From positions 702 through 64,701 of the forward strand of contig JAGKVE010000008.1 of assembly GCA_021152555.1 (NCBI GenBank): DNA of 64,000 nucleotides, written 5' to 3'. Positions 53,055 through 61,670 of the stretch are shown here, piece after piece. Below the pieces are notes generated by a model. The model saw only the letters and a list, made by a program, of their open reading frames with translations, had not been told where the DNA came from and ran no database searches. A program made the translations under genes and the position numbers. Within the stretch, counting starts at the first letter, position 1, and each line of letters starts with the position of its first letter. Origin of the DNA: Bacteroidia bacterium. Its GTDB lineage: Bacteria > Bacteroidota > Bacteroidia > Bacteroidales > Paludibacteraceae.

Positions 53055-56000
53055 TATCTTCTTGATTTAGGGGTTTTGTTACGCATTAACTGTTCATACT
53101 CATCTTGGGCTTTCTTGATGCCCGTGTCACCGGTAACGGTGTTCACAGTCACAAACGGCTCATGCAACCGTACATTCATTTCGTTGACGGAGCGTGATAA
53201 GGCTTGCGACGCGGCTGCGACTGCAAGCAGTTCGCCATTAGAGGAAGCCTGTGCCATTCGTTGGGGAGCCGTGATAGACTGCGAAACATCCGAAGCAGAC
53301 AAGCGCCCGATGGTGTTGGTACGCTGGGCATAATCGAGTGTTTCAATCATAGCCCGTGCTTGGGGATTGCGGAGCAAGTCTTGACTTGCTACCCATTCTC
53401 CTGCATGGACGATACCGGCAGGTTCGTCCTTGCGTCCGGGTTTGGTGAAGCCTCCTTCCATATAGCCCTGCGCCTCGGACGCCTGTTGTTGCTTCTTGAT
53501 GGAAGCAATCTGAATAGCTCCAGCGGCTACAGCCATAGCAGCTGCTATAGGTGCCATGATGAAGCCGACCATCGGAATTGCAGCAGCCGAGGAGTAAGCA
53601 GAGATAGCAGACATGGCTGTTTGTGCCACGGCTTGCAGAACCTGCATTGCAAACATCTTCCGGTTTGCTTCCTGCTTAGCCTTACCTATCTCCGCTTGCT
53701 TCTGCTGCTCCAGAGCGACCTCTTGCGACTTATTACCCTCCGCATACGAGATTTCCCGGTCATACTTCCTTTCTATCTGAGCCGTTTGGATATCCAACTC
53801 GGCTTGGATGATTTCCGACAAGCCGGAGAAGATGGCTCCCATCTGATTGACGATCGTTGAGAACGATTCGGTCATGGCTTTGCCTGCATCGGACTCCAGC
53901 CATGCGATGCTATCGTCAATGGCTCCCCGGAAGGACTTTTTAAGTTCCTTCGCTTCACGCTTGTTATACTTGCGTGCCAACTGATACTTGGCTTCGTAGA
54001 AAGCGCGCTCTATGCGTAACCTATCACGTTTACTGTCACCGGCAGCCTTCAACATCTGCCTATATACCAACTCCAGGTTCTGCATGTCCCGTTGGTAGGA
54101 CTCGTCGTCCGTAATGCGGAAGCCTTTGGTAAAATACGCTTGGCGCATTTTCTCTTGCGCTTGCCGGGCTTCCTGCAAGTGCTTCTGTTGGTATTTGAGC
54201 GATGTATCGTGATAGTGTTTCTCCGCGCGTAGCTTCTCTTTGGATCCGTCTTCATACAGACTTGCCACTTTGCGCAAGTGCTCCAATTCAGCCAACTCGA
54301 TTGCATTCTGGTACTGACGTGCGGAGAGTTCTCCGTCCATATACCTCTGCTGAAGAATAGCCATCACTTCTTTATAAGCGACTTCCTCCTGCTGCACCGT
54401 CCCCTCAATGGCATTCTGACGCTGCTTCTTGAGCGCTTCCTGATACGAAGCTTCAATAGTTACTTCCTCGTTACCGACCAAGTCCTTATGCGCTAACTTC
54501 TTCCGATTGTATTCGACCTCAATCTCTAACATCCGGGTATTGTATTGCTCGTAGTCAGCCGTGCCTTTGGCATAGGCTATGCGATTGAGTGCCTGCTCGC
54601 GCTCGCGCCAATCATCTTCTGCTTGGAACTTGTTCCCCTTACCAGCCTTTTTATCGTCGTCACCGTCAGGTGCGCCACCACCAGAGGTAGATGCCTTTAC
54701 AGGGTCAGGTGCCTTTATACTGATACCGTTGGCTACGTCCTCCAACTCCTGCCACTCTTTTTTGAGCTTGCGCAAATCCGCTGAATACTGCCGTATATAC
54801 TTGGCATTTTCCTTTATTGCAGCCTTTACATTATCTTCGTTCGTGTAGCCCTTACCTGTTTTCAGCATTTCCTTATAGTTTCTGTTCAAATCCTCAAACA
54901 TAGCGATTTGGGACTCTACATGTGCTATCTTATCTTCTATGGGTATCTGCTGGGTGGCAATCTCCTCCAGTTTCTCTTGGTTCATCTTCATACGGATGGA
55001 CTCTTTGAGAGAAACGAGGTAGTTATCGAGGGCTTCCTTATTGTTATTTATCAGGACGCCCTCATCCGTTAGCGAGGCATGATAGGCCGGGACTAACTCC
55101 TTCAATTGTCTCAATGCTTCGCGGCGCTTTTCAAGGGAAAGGTTGCTATTATTAACAACCTTGGTTAGGCTGTTCACAGCCGCTGCTTCCTTGGCGTATT
55201 CCTCTACAATGGCTTTATTGTGGTCATCAATTTGCTTCTGAATACGCAACTGTCTTTCCTGTTCAGCCGTGAGCTTCTTCTGCTCTTTGACGGCATCTTT
55301 ACTGTTCTTGAAAAGCGAATACAGTGCTATGCCAACTCCCACAATCGCACCAGCCACCAATCCCCAAGGGTTCATCATCATGGTTGCGTTCAGCAGCTTC
55401 ATTGCTGCGTTTGCCCGGACGACGTTGCCGGTCATCCGGTTATAAGCGACGGATGCCGCAAGAACTGCCACCTTATGCACATGCAGCGCAGCCGTTTTTA
55501 TGGCTATAAATGCTGCGTGCAGCTTCTCCTTAATCAGTGCGAGATTGACTGCGACGGTATAAGTAGCAACAGCGGCAGCAAGGGAAAGAATAGCGGTTTT
55601 ATGCTCCTTGATGAATTTCACCAACTGAAGCATTACGCGCATAGTAGCAGACGTTGTTGAAATGAAGTGCCGCATTACCGGCATCAGTTCCTGACCCAAG
55701 GAAATAGCCATCTCTTGAAAGCCTTTGCGAGCTTTGTCCAAACCTGCTTGAACAGTATTGTTCTGCACCTCAAACTCTTTGGTGACGGACGTTGCCTCAT
55801 CAAAGGCTTTGGCAGCCTCCTGCTGCTCCCAGATAAGCATATCGACGTTACCCGCAAGTGCCGAAATGACCGCGGAAGCGCGAGCGCCGTTCTCACCCAT
55901 GTCTGCAAACACGGGTGCAAGGACGGACATATCGCCTAACTCGTTCAAGCGGTTGAGCAACATCAATAGTCCCTCATTAGTCGAGTTCTTGAGGGCCGCA

Positions 56001-57088
56001 TTAAACTTTTCAAGATCCATGCCAGTTGCACTGGCAATTTTCTCTGTGTTCTTGAAAAGGTTCATGATAAGTTTGGAGAGAGCCGTGGCTGACATTTCAA
56101 CCTTCTGTCCTTGGGAATCAAGAACAGCGCCAAAGGCCATGACCTGAGGAACGGTCATACCGGCTTGAGCGCCAACACCTGCAAGTCGTTGGCCGAACTG
56201 AGCAAGGTATGAAGCTCCAGCCGTGCAGTTCTGCGACAACTCATTGATCACAGAGCCAACAGCGAGGAGCGACCGCTCCGTGCCGAGCCGTTCTTCATCC
56301 CCAAATATGGACGTTAGTTTAGAAAGTTGCAATGTCGCCCCATCTCCAAGCTCATCCAACGCTACATTGATTTGGTCAGCCGCCTTTACGAAGCCAAGAA
56401 CGTCCTCCTCGGAAGATTTACCGAGGCGGCCTGCTTCTTGTGCAAGGCGATTGAGTTCCTCGCGCGAAGAGCGTGTGTCGATCTTCTTAAACTGTTCGTT
56501 TAGATGTTCGACCTGCTCAGCGGTCATGCCGGTGTACTTGCGGACAGATGCCATTTCCTGCTCCATTTCAGCATACATCTGCACAGCCTGCTTTCCTGCC
56601 ATGACAGCGCCCGTAAGGGCAGCGACACCACCGACGGCAACAGTCTGCCACTCTTGCCACTTACTATTAAACCGTTCCAAGAAGGTTTGCGACTTGGCGA
56701 GTTCTCCGTTAACTCGGGCAATCTCCTCCTTTACCAATCGTATCCTTTGCGCCTGTGCAGTCCATGCATCAGAGCCACGCTCCATATAGTCCAACTGTTT
56801 GTTGAGCGTCTGGAGCGTTTTCTGCAACTCCTTCGGGGTTGCCTTATCAAGACGACGGAGGACGTTATCGACCTGCATGGTGGATGACTCCATTTCTTTA
56901 ATCTGACGATTGGTGTCACGCAATTCCTTCCTTAGCTTTTGCAGCGTGAGTTTATCACCGGCTGCAGCAGCCTTGGCTATCTGTTCCGATAGTTCCAAGG
57001 CGTGTTTCTTCAGGTTGGCGAGCGTCTCGGCTGCCTGTTGTCCGTTGACCATTAAGTTGACGGACGTATTAGTTGAGTAGTCTGACAT
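53054..57088 (-). CDS. phage tail tape measure protein (TP901-family core)
   Basis: Long coiled-coil N- and C-parts. Core region DQINVALDELGDGATLQLSKLTSIFG...YLAQFGQRLAGVGAQAGMTVPQVMAFGAVLDSQGQKVEMSATALSKL, followed by TM-like segments. Start set at ATG 57088 because a TAAATTTG box lies inside the GTG-57142 extension. Confidence 0.85.
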   Translation of the reverse strand: MSDYSTNTSVNLMVNGQQAAETLANLKKHALELSEQIAKAAAAGDKLTLQKLRKELRDTNRQIKEMESSTMQVDNVLRRLDKATPKELQKTLQTLNKQLDYMERGSDAWTAQAQRIRLVKEEIARVNGELAKSQTFLERFNSKWQEWQTVAVGGVAALTGAVMAGKQAVQMYAEMEQEMASVRKYTGMTAEQVEHLNEQFKKIDTRSSREELNRLAQEAGRLGKSSEEDVLGFVKAADQINVALDELGDGATLQLSKLTSIFGDEERLGTERSLLAVGSVINELSQNCTAGASYLAQFGQRLAGVGAQAGMTVPQVMAFGAVLDSQGQKVEMSATALSKLIMNLFKNTEKIASATGMDLEKFNAALKNSTNEGLLMLLNRLNELGDMSVLAPVFADMGENGARASAVISALAGNVDMLIWEQQEAAKAFDEATSVTKEFEVQNNTVQAGLDKARKGFQEMAISLGQELMPVMRHFISTTSATMRVMLQLVKFIKEHKTAILSLAAAVATYTVAVNLALIKEKLHAAFIAIKTAALHVHKVAVLAASVAYNRMTGNVVRANAAMKLLNATMMMNPWGLVAGAIVGVGIALYSLFKNSKDAVKEQKKLTAEQERQLRIQKQIDDHNKAIVEEYAKEAAAVNSLTKVVNNSNLSLEKRREALRQLKELVPAYHASLTDEGVLINNNKEALDNYLVSLKESIRMKMNQEKLEEIATQQIPIEDKIAHVESQIAMFEDLNRNYKEMLKTGKGYTNEDNVKAAIKENAKYIRQYSADLRKLKKEWQELEDVANGISIKAPDPVKASTSGGGAPDGDDDKKAGKGNKFQAEDDWREREQALNRIAYAKGTADYEQYNTRMLEIEVEYNRKKLAHKDLVGNEEVTIEASYQEALKKQRQNAIEGTVQQEEVAYKEVMAILQQRYMDGELSARQYQNAIELAELEHLRKVASLYEDGSKEKLRAEKHYHDTSLKYQQKHLQEARQAQEKMRQAYFTKGFRITDDESYQRDMQNLELVYRQMLKAAGDSKRDRLRIERAFYEAKYQLARKYNKREAKELKKSFRGAIDDSIAWLESDAGKAMTESFSTIVNQMGAIFSGLSEIIQAELDIQTAQIERKYDREISYAEGNKSQEVALEQQKQAEIGKAKQEANRKMFAMQVLQAVAQTAMSAISAYSSAAAIPMVGFIMAPIAAAMAVAAGAIQIASIKKQQQASEAQGYMEGGFTKPGRKDEPAGIVHAGEWVASQDLLRNPQARAMIETLDYAQRTNTIGRLSASDVSQSITAPQRMAQASSNGELLAVAAASQALSRSVNEMNVRLHEPFVTVNTVTGDTGIKKAQDEYEQLMRNKTPKSRR

Positions 57089-57105
57089 AGTACTAAATTT
57101 TTGTG

Positions 57106-57140
57106 CAAATTTACTATGCAGCGACGAAACACGAAAAGAC
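57106..57140 (-). promoter_or_regulatory. candidate promoter of the TMP unit (TAAATTTG = complement of 57106-57113)
   Basis: -7 box about 18 nt upstream of the ATG at 57088. Confidence 0.45.
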
Positions 57141-57373
57141 ACCCCGAAAAGTGGCTTTTCTGACAGCGAGGAACAGCCAGTAAAATCAAGGGCTAACGAC
57201 AGATTTTAGGTGGAAATTCGTTCCTCGTTGTACAAAATTTTCGCTGATTGAAATTGTAACTAATTGAAATTCAGCAGCAAAGGGGTTCGGGGATGTGCCC
57301 CGAGTTTGCTCTTAGGTAGCCCCAACCGCCCTGCAATGATAGCGTTTCCGCGTCTCTTTTTGGAGCGGAATAT

Positions 57374-57935
57374 GCAAGTCCCCTTGCGAAAGTCCGAGCG
57401 CGCAAGTCTCCATGTAATCGGAAAGGCTGCAAGTCTATGCGTGCAAGTCCGAGTGTGGAGGTCTCACCCTAATCAGCGAGGGCGCAGGTCTCTCACGGAC
57501 TGAAAGCGCGCAAGTCTCCATGTAATCGGAAAGGCTGCAAGTCCATGTGTGAAAGTCCAAGTGCGGAGGTCTCACCCAAATCTGCGAGGGCGAAAGTCTC
57601 TCACGGACGGAAAGCGAGGGTCTGCTATGTAATCGGGAAAGGTCGAAAGTCTGCTATTTGCGAAAAGGCTTATAGTCTCCCGCGTACATTATGCGCACGC
57701 AAGACATCGCGCGCGCAAGGCTGCAAGTCTATCACGGCTGACGAAAGGCGAAAGTCTGCTACCTATCGCGCAAGGCTATGAGGTCACACATGAGCGCGCA
57801 AGGCTATGGGGTCTGCTATGGGTTCGGGGAGGTCGGAAGTCTCTCTTGAACGCATGGGGATGAGGTCGTGCGCGAGCGCGCGCAAACCTTTGGGAGTCGG
57901 CTTGTAGCAAGGGAAGAGGTGAAGTCTGCTACGGC
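57374..57935. repeat. iteron-like array: about 22 RRGTCY boxes, including a 108-nt tandem duplication
   Basis: Units 57400-57507 and 57508-57615 differ at 10 of 108 positions by my count. Degenerate copies follow. Recurrent boxes are GTCTCCATGTAATCGG, GTCTCACCC, GTCTCTCACGGAC and GTCTGCTA[TC] (5 copies). Confidence 0.85.
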
Positions 57936-58033
57936 TTTTGTGCTCTTTTTGTTCGAGAAAATACACAATTTTGATTGTGCGGTAACGATTTTCACGCAAA
58001 AACACTAAAAATTCGTGAAAAAAGTAAAAAAAA

Positions 58034-58065
58034 TTTGGTCATGTCAAAAAAAAGTTGTACCTTTG
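58034..58065 (+). promoter_or_regulatory. Bacteroidota-type promoter of tRNA-His (TTTG 58034-58037, N20, TACCTTTG 58058-58065)
   Basis: Canonical layout 27 nt upstream of the tRNA. Confidence 0.6.
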
Positions 58066-58091
58066 CAGCCGCTTTTGAAAAAGAGCAGTAT

Positions 58092-58165
58092 GGTGGTTTT
58101 AGCTCAGTTGGTAGAGCATCGGATTGTGGTTCCGAGTGTCAAGGGTTCGAGCCCCTTACTCCACC
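58092..58165 (+). tRNA. tRNA-His (anticodon GTG) with encoded G-1; two adjacent acceptor-stem mismatches
   Basis: Manual cloverleaf: G-1, GTGGTTT, TA, GCTC-AGTTGGTA-GAGC, A, TCGGA-TTGTGGT-TCCGA, GTGTC, AAGGG-TTCGAGC-CCCTT, ACTCCAC, C73. Pairs 5-68 (T/T) and 6-67 (T/C) do not form. No encoded CCA. Confidence 0.7.
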
Positions 58166-58173
58166 CGCTTGAT

Positions 58174-58202
58174 AATCAGCACTTTACGTGCTGATTTTTT
58201 TT
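58174..58202 (+). terminator. rho-independent terminator after tRNA-His
   Basis: AATCAGCAC-tttac-GTGCTGATT followed by TTTTTTTT. Confidence 0.8.
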
Positions 58203-58307
58203 ATTTCTGTCCCAAAAATGTCCCGATGAACGGTAGAAAGCAATACGCACGTGCATAAGCGCGAGCCTATACACATGCGTACGTGTTTTGATATATAAAG
58301 GTGTAGC

Positions 58308-58862
58308 TCAAATGATATGCTTCTTGTGCAGCCATAAGTAGCCGAGAATTGCACCTATGATGAGGAGCGTAATCCCCAATCCCAACACAATGAACACAGC
58401 CGTTAGGTTTGGGGGTTCAGCGCCACCGATGGACTCCTTGGAGTCATTGGTGGATGTGTGGGTTTGGGAATTGCTCCGTGTGCTATCGGCCACGTTGGTC
58501 TGCTGAAGCACATTCGAGCCACTCCTTTCCTCTTTGTTGATACGCGGCTGATGTATGGTAATGCGCCCTTTACGCGCAGGCTTGGCCGTCGCCGGTTGAG
58601 CCTGTGCGTTTGGGTTTGCCGCAAGCGAGTCAGCCTGCGGCAAAGCTGTGGGCGCACTATCATACAGATCAATGGTTATACTATCCGCAGAGACGGATAG
58701 CTTTGAGAACAGGCTATCCAGCCTCTGGGTGGTAGTCTGTTCCTGGTGTGAGGACTGCTCGTCTTGCTTCACACCTACCTCCGACACCGTGTGTCGGGTC
58801 GTGTGGCAAGCCGAAAGCAGTACCACACCTATAAGCATAATGGCTCTGCAGATAGTTCTCAT
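58308..58862 (-). CDS. unimolecular-spanin-like lysis protein (N-terminal lipoprotein signal plus C-terminal TM anchor)
   Basis: Lipobox VVLLSAC at the N-terminus. Low-complexity Ser/Thr/Gln-rich middle. C-terminal TM LTAVFIVLGLGITLLIIGAILGYLWL. 4-nt overlap with the amidase gene. Confidence 0.45.
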   Translation of the reverse strand: MRTICRAIMLIGVVLLSACHTTRHTVSEVGVKQDEQSSHQEQTTTQRLDSLFSKLSVSADSITIDLYDSAPTALPQADSLAANPNAQAQPATAKPARKGRITIHQPRINKEERSGSNVLQQTNVADSTRSNSQTHTSTNDSKESIGGAEPPNLTAVFIVLGLGITLLIIGAILGYLWLHKKHII

Positions 58863-59266
58863 AAGGCAGCGTATTCAGAGGTGGCATCAAAACACGGACA
58901 TGCTTTCTTCGCAAAATCACGGTGACCGTGAATAACAGCCTCCGGGAAGCGCTGCTTGAGGTCTGTAAGCAGCCCAAGCAACGAGGCTTTTTGCGCATCG
59001 GTGCGGGTGTCAGCAGGCTTGCCTTCGGCATTTAGACCGCCACAATAAACAACTCCGATAGAGTTTTTGTTGTGGTCGAGGCAATGCGCTCCAGCCTGCT
59101 CTAAGGGGCGTCCGGGGAATACATTCCCATCTTGATCTACCACATAGTGATAGCCGATGGTTTTCCAACCACGCTGCTTGTGCCAGCGTGTGATGTCGGC
59201 TACAGTGACGCGTTGGTCCGGGAAGGTAGCCGTGCAATGAACGATGATTTCCAAAATTTTTCTCAT
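58859..59266 (-). CDS. N-acetylmuramoyl-L-alanine amidase (Amidase_2/PGRP, T7-lysozyme-like endolysin)
   Basis: IVHCTAT, GYHYVV, and HGHRDFAKKACPCF (Zn ligands His/His/Cys). Confidence 0.85.
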   Translation of the reverse strand: MRKILEIIVHCTATFPDQRVTVADITRWHKQRGWKTIGYHYVVDQDGNVFPGRPLEQAGAHCLDHNKNSIGVVYCGGLNAEGKPADTRTDAQKASLLGLLTDLKQRFPEAVIHGHRDFAKKACPCFDATSEYAAL

Positions 59267-59526
59267 TCTGATTCAGGATTAGGTTTTTGTGAAACTGTGA
59301 TTTTTGTTTTTCCGTGCTCAATCTTGGTATTGAGCCCACGGATGACGGCATCCCATGCAAAGAAGATTGCGACGAGAATGATCATCAATCCGACACCTTG
59401 GATGATAGAGGGGTGAACTTCCCCCGGAGGCGGAATGATAATGCCGGCAATGAATGTGGCAGCTGCCACGAAAGCGAGGGCTATAGCGACCCACGCTTGG
59501 GGAGTTAAGGCTTTAAGGTTTTTCAT
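59263..59526 (-). CDS. holin-like small membrane protein (two TM helices)
   Basis: 87 aa with TM1 AWVAIALAFVAAATFIAGIII, TM2 GVGLMIILVAIFFAW and a charged C-tail. 4-nt overlap with the amidase gene. Confidence 0.5.
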   Translation of the reverse strand: MKNLKALTPQAWVAIALAFVAAATFIAGIIIPPPGEVHPSIIQGVGLMIILVAIFFAWDAVIRGLNTKIEHGKTKITVSQKPNPESE

Positions 59527-59542
59527 AGTTTTTATAGATTAA

Positions 59543-60148
59543 TTAGATTGGGGTTGCCTTGATGTAGAGGGTTGAATTAGCGGAGATGTTGGATGTGCCG
59601 TTCGAGGAGAAATGCGTGAGGTGGACAGTTTCTCCGGGGTCGAGAAAGCACATGTAGTTGATAGGCACGGAGAAGATCTGCGTAGTGCCGGTAAAGTGAA
59701 CTGCATTCATGGCGATTTGTGTACGCTCCCCTTCCGTATCATATTTGTAGATTTGTATGATACGGTCGGCAGTATAGCTGTCGTTGACTTTGAGCGTAAC
59801 AAAGCCAGTAATCTCGACCAGACAACGGCTGACGCACCGCAAGAGCGGCTCATCCGAATCGTTCGTTGTGATGTCAATTACGCTACCGCAGATGGAAGAG
59901 CAATCTGTATCATCGGTAACGATAGGACACTCCACGGCAGCGGTGGTAGTGAGTTGGCACACGTGTCCAAAGAACCAGTTCAAGCCAAGCGGAAGACTGC
60001 TTCCGCCTCCGGAACTACCGCCACCTCCATTGCCGGTGTTCTCATTGATGGCATGGAGGATGTTAGCCAAAGATTGGGGTGTGATTGAATTGGCAGCCGT
60101 TTGGTTTGCCAAAGCGTTGATAAGGCTAGTGATGGTTGATTTATCCAT
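59543..60148 (-). CDS. hypothetical phage protein: helical N-segment, Gly/Ser linker, Cys-containing beta-rich C-domain (fibre or receptor-binding-like)
   Basis: ITSLINALANQTAANSITPQSLANILHAI, then NGGGGSSGGGSS, then a ~140-aa beta-rich domain. No family recognised. Confidence 0.4.
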   Translation of the reverse strand: MDKSTITSLINALANQTAANSITPQSLANILHAINENTGNGGGGSSGGGSSLPLGLNWFFGHVCQLTTTAAVECPIVTDDTDCSSICGSVIDITTNDSDEPLLRCVSRCLVEITGFVTLKVNDSYTADRIIQIYKYDTEGERTQIAMNAVHFTGTTQIFSVPINYMCFLDPGETVHLTHFSSNGTSNISANSTLYIKATPI

Positions 60149-60164
60149 AGTTTTAAGGTATTAG

Positions 60165-60581
60165 TTAGTATAACTTGTTAAGGCGTTCGAAGGTATCGGC
60201 CATGATGCCTTGGAATTCGCGTCCAAGGTTATCGCCGAAGAAATCGCGCAGGTTCAAGACGGAGGCATAGTATCGTTTGGAGAACCAAGGGCGGCGCTGG
60301 CGCACTTTGGCACGGCCTATGTCTCCCGAGTTGCCGCGTGGTGTTTCGCGGCCAACTCCATAGTCCTGCCAAAGACCGTACTCCAAGAACTCCTGTGAGA
60401 GCGTGACTTCGACGAAGCGACCATCCGCTCTCACGGGCATAGCCACCGGCGAGGCGAGCAATCGCCCTGTGTCGATTACCTCGAGCAAGGTGATACGCTC
60501 CTGCCAGATGCGGAGCATGGTTTCGTTCCAAGCCTTGATATATTTCTCGCGCTCTTCCTGCACTTCAATCTCTTTGACCAT
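60165..60581 (-). CDS. HK97 gp10-like phage neck/tail-completion protein (tentative)
   Basis: VIDTGRLLAS ... EYGLWQDYGVGRE ... RRPWFSK resembles the gp10-family pattern (DTGxLRxS ... EYAxYVEFGTG ... PF). Confidence 0.4.
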   Translation of the reverse strand: MVKEIEVQEEREKYIKAWNETMLRIWQERITLLEVIDTGRLLASPVAMPVRADGRFVEVTLSQEFLEYGLWQDYGVGRETPRGNSGDIGRAKVRQRRPWFSKRYYASVLNLRDFFGDNLGREFQGIMADTFERLNKLY

Positions 60582-61651
60582 TATGCGAAGATTTGATTAT
60601 ATTGTTCGGTAAATATGCCGGTGTGTATGCTGTAGCGTTGGGTGGACTGCTTGCCATCGGCAAACTGCCACGTGAAGGAAAGGGTGTTTTCTTCACCCGG
60701 AGCGTCGGTCTGCTCAAAAGAATATTCCTTGATGAGCACATCAGCAAACATACCATCCGGCAGCTTGCGCATGATGAATGAGGATGTGAGGAACTGCTCC
60801 AGCCATGTCATGTAGCCGGAGAGCAGTTGGGCTGTCTGCACCTCGAAGGTACGGGTGTGCTTGACATCGTAGTGCTGCAGGCGGCCGTCCACCATCGCTT
60901 CGGAGAAATCCGATTCCAGTTTGGAAATGGTGGCGCCGGGTATGCCCAACGACTCCATACATCCGAATATGTTTTTGAAGCGGAACTCCTGTGCAGAAGC
61001 GCAAGGTACAACGTAGTAGTGAATGAGCCGAGAACTGAACTTGAGTGTGAACGATAGCAACTGTGTGCCGTTCCCGAAGTGGTTTTCGCAGACCCATTGC
61101 AATTCCTTAACGGATATGGTGGAAGTGACTATTCCGAAAGCAAAGCGGCGACCGGAGATGTACTCGTAAGAGTCATAGGAGCCGTCGGCTTTCCGCACGT
61201 TCAGCGTAAAGACGAACGTGCCTACTGAATAGTTACCACTGCCTGCGATGTAGAACGGCAGCACCTCCTGGTTATACAAGGTAGTAAGGCGATGATTGTG
61301 GGTAGTGAGGAACGAATCGGCAAGGAAGGTATCCACATCGACAGTCATACACTTTAGCTTGCATAGGAGCACTTGGCATGAAGCGTTGACCGTTTCATTG
61401 GCAACTGATATGGTAATGCCGACCGTGCAGAAGGATTTTCCTTGCTGCTCCATGGATAACTCAACCAGCGGCACGAGATTGCGCACTGTGACCCTTCCGG
61501 AAACAGCGTAATAGCGTGTGGAAAGTGCGGTAGAGCCGTTCACTGCGATAGTGACATTGGCTAAACCATAGTTGGTGGAAATCGACAAATCGGGGAAATC
61601 ACAAGAATAGAATTTCTTCCCGTCGATTGATGTATTCAAAGTTAAAGCCAT
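60581..61651 (-). CDS. hypothetical phage structural protein (first gene of the cluster; capsid or major-tail position)
   Basis: 356-aa beta-rich ORF. Start set at ATG 61651 (MALTLNTS) because a TATCTTTG box (complement of 61671-61678) lies inside the longer ORF. Confidence 0.4.
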   Translation of the reverse strand: MALTLNTSIDGKKFYSCDFPDLSISTNYGLANVTIAVNGSTALSTRYYAVSGRVTVRNLVPLVELSMEQQGKSFCTVGITISVANETVNASCQVLLCKLKCMTVDVDTFLADSFLTTHNHRLTTLYNQEVLPFYIAGSGNYSVGTFVFTLNVRKADGSYDSYEYISGRRFAFGIVTSTISVKELQWVCENHFGNGTQLLSFTLKFSSRLIHYYVVPCASAQEFRFKNIFGCMESLGIPGATISKLESDFSEAMVDGRLQHYDVKHTRTFEVQTAQLLSGYMTWLEQFLTSSFIMRKLPDGMFADVLIKEYSFEQTDAPGEENTLSFTWQFADGKQSTQRYSIHTGIFTEQYNQIFA

Positions 61652-61670
61652 ACCTTTGCTAATTTTTGTG

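Noticed and set aside
57264-57781. Two ORFs (79 and 78 aa) across the iteron-like field, and the possibility of a CRISPR array
   Set aside because: The ORFs are repeat translations (Arg/Ser/Lys-rich and mutually similar only because the DNA is duplicated). It is not a CRISPR array: there is no fixed-length repeat alternating with unique spacers, the units are contiguous and degenerate, and there are no cas genes in the window.
57975-58172. 65-aa ORF
   Set aside because: It runs straight through the promoter and the tRNA-His gene, and the tRNA fold explains the sequence.
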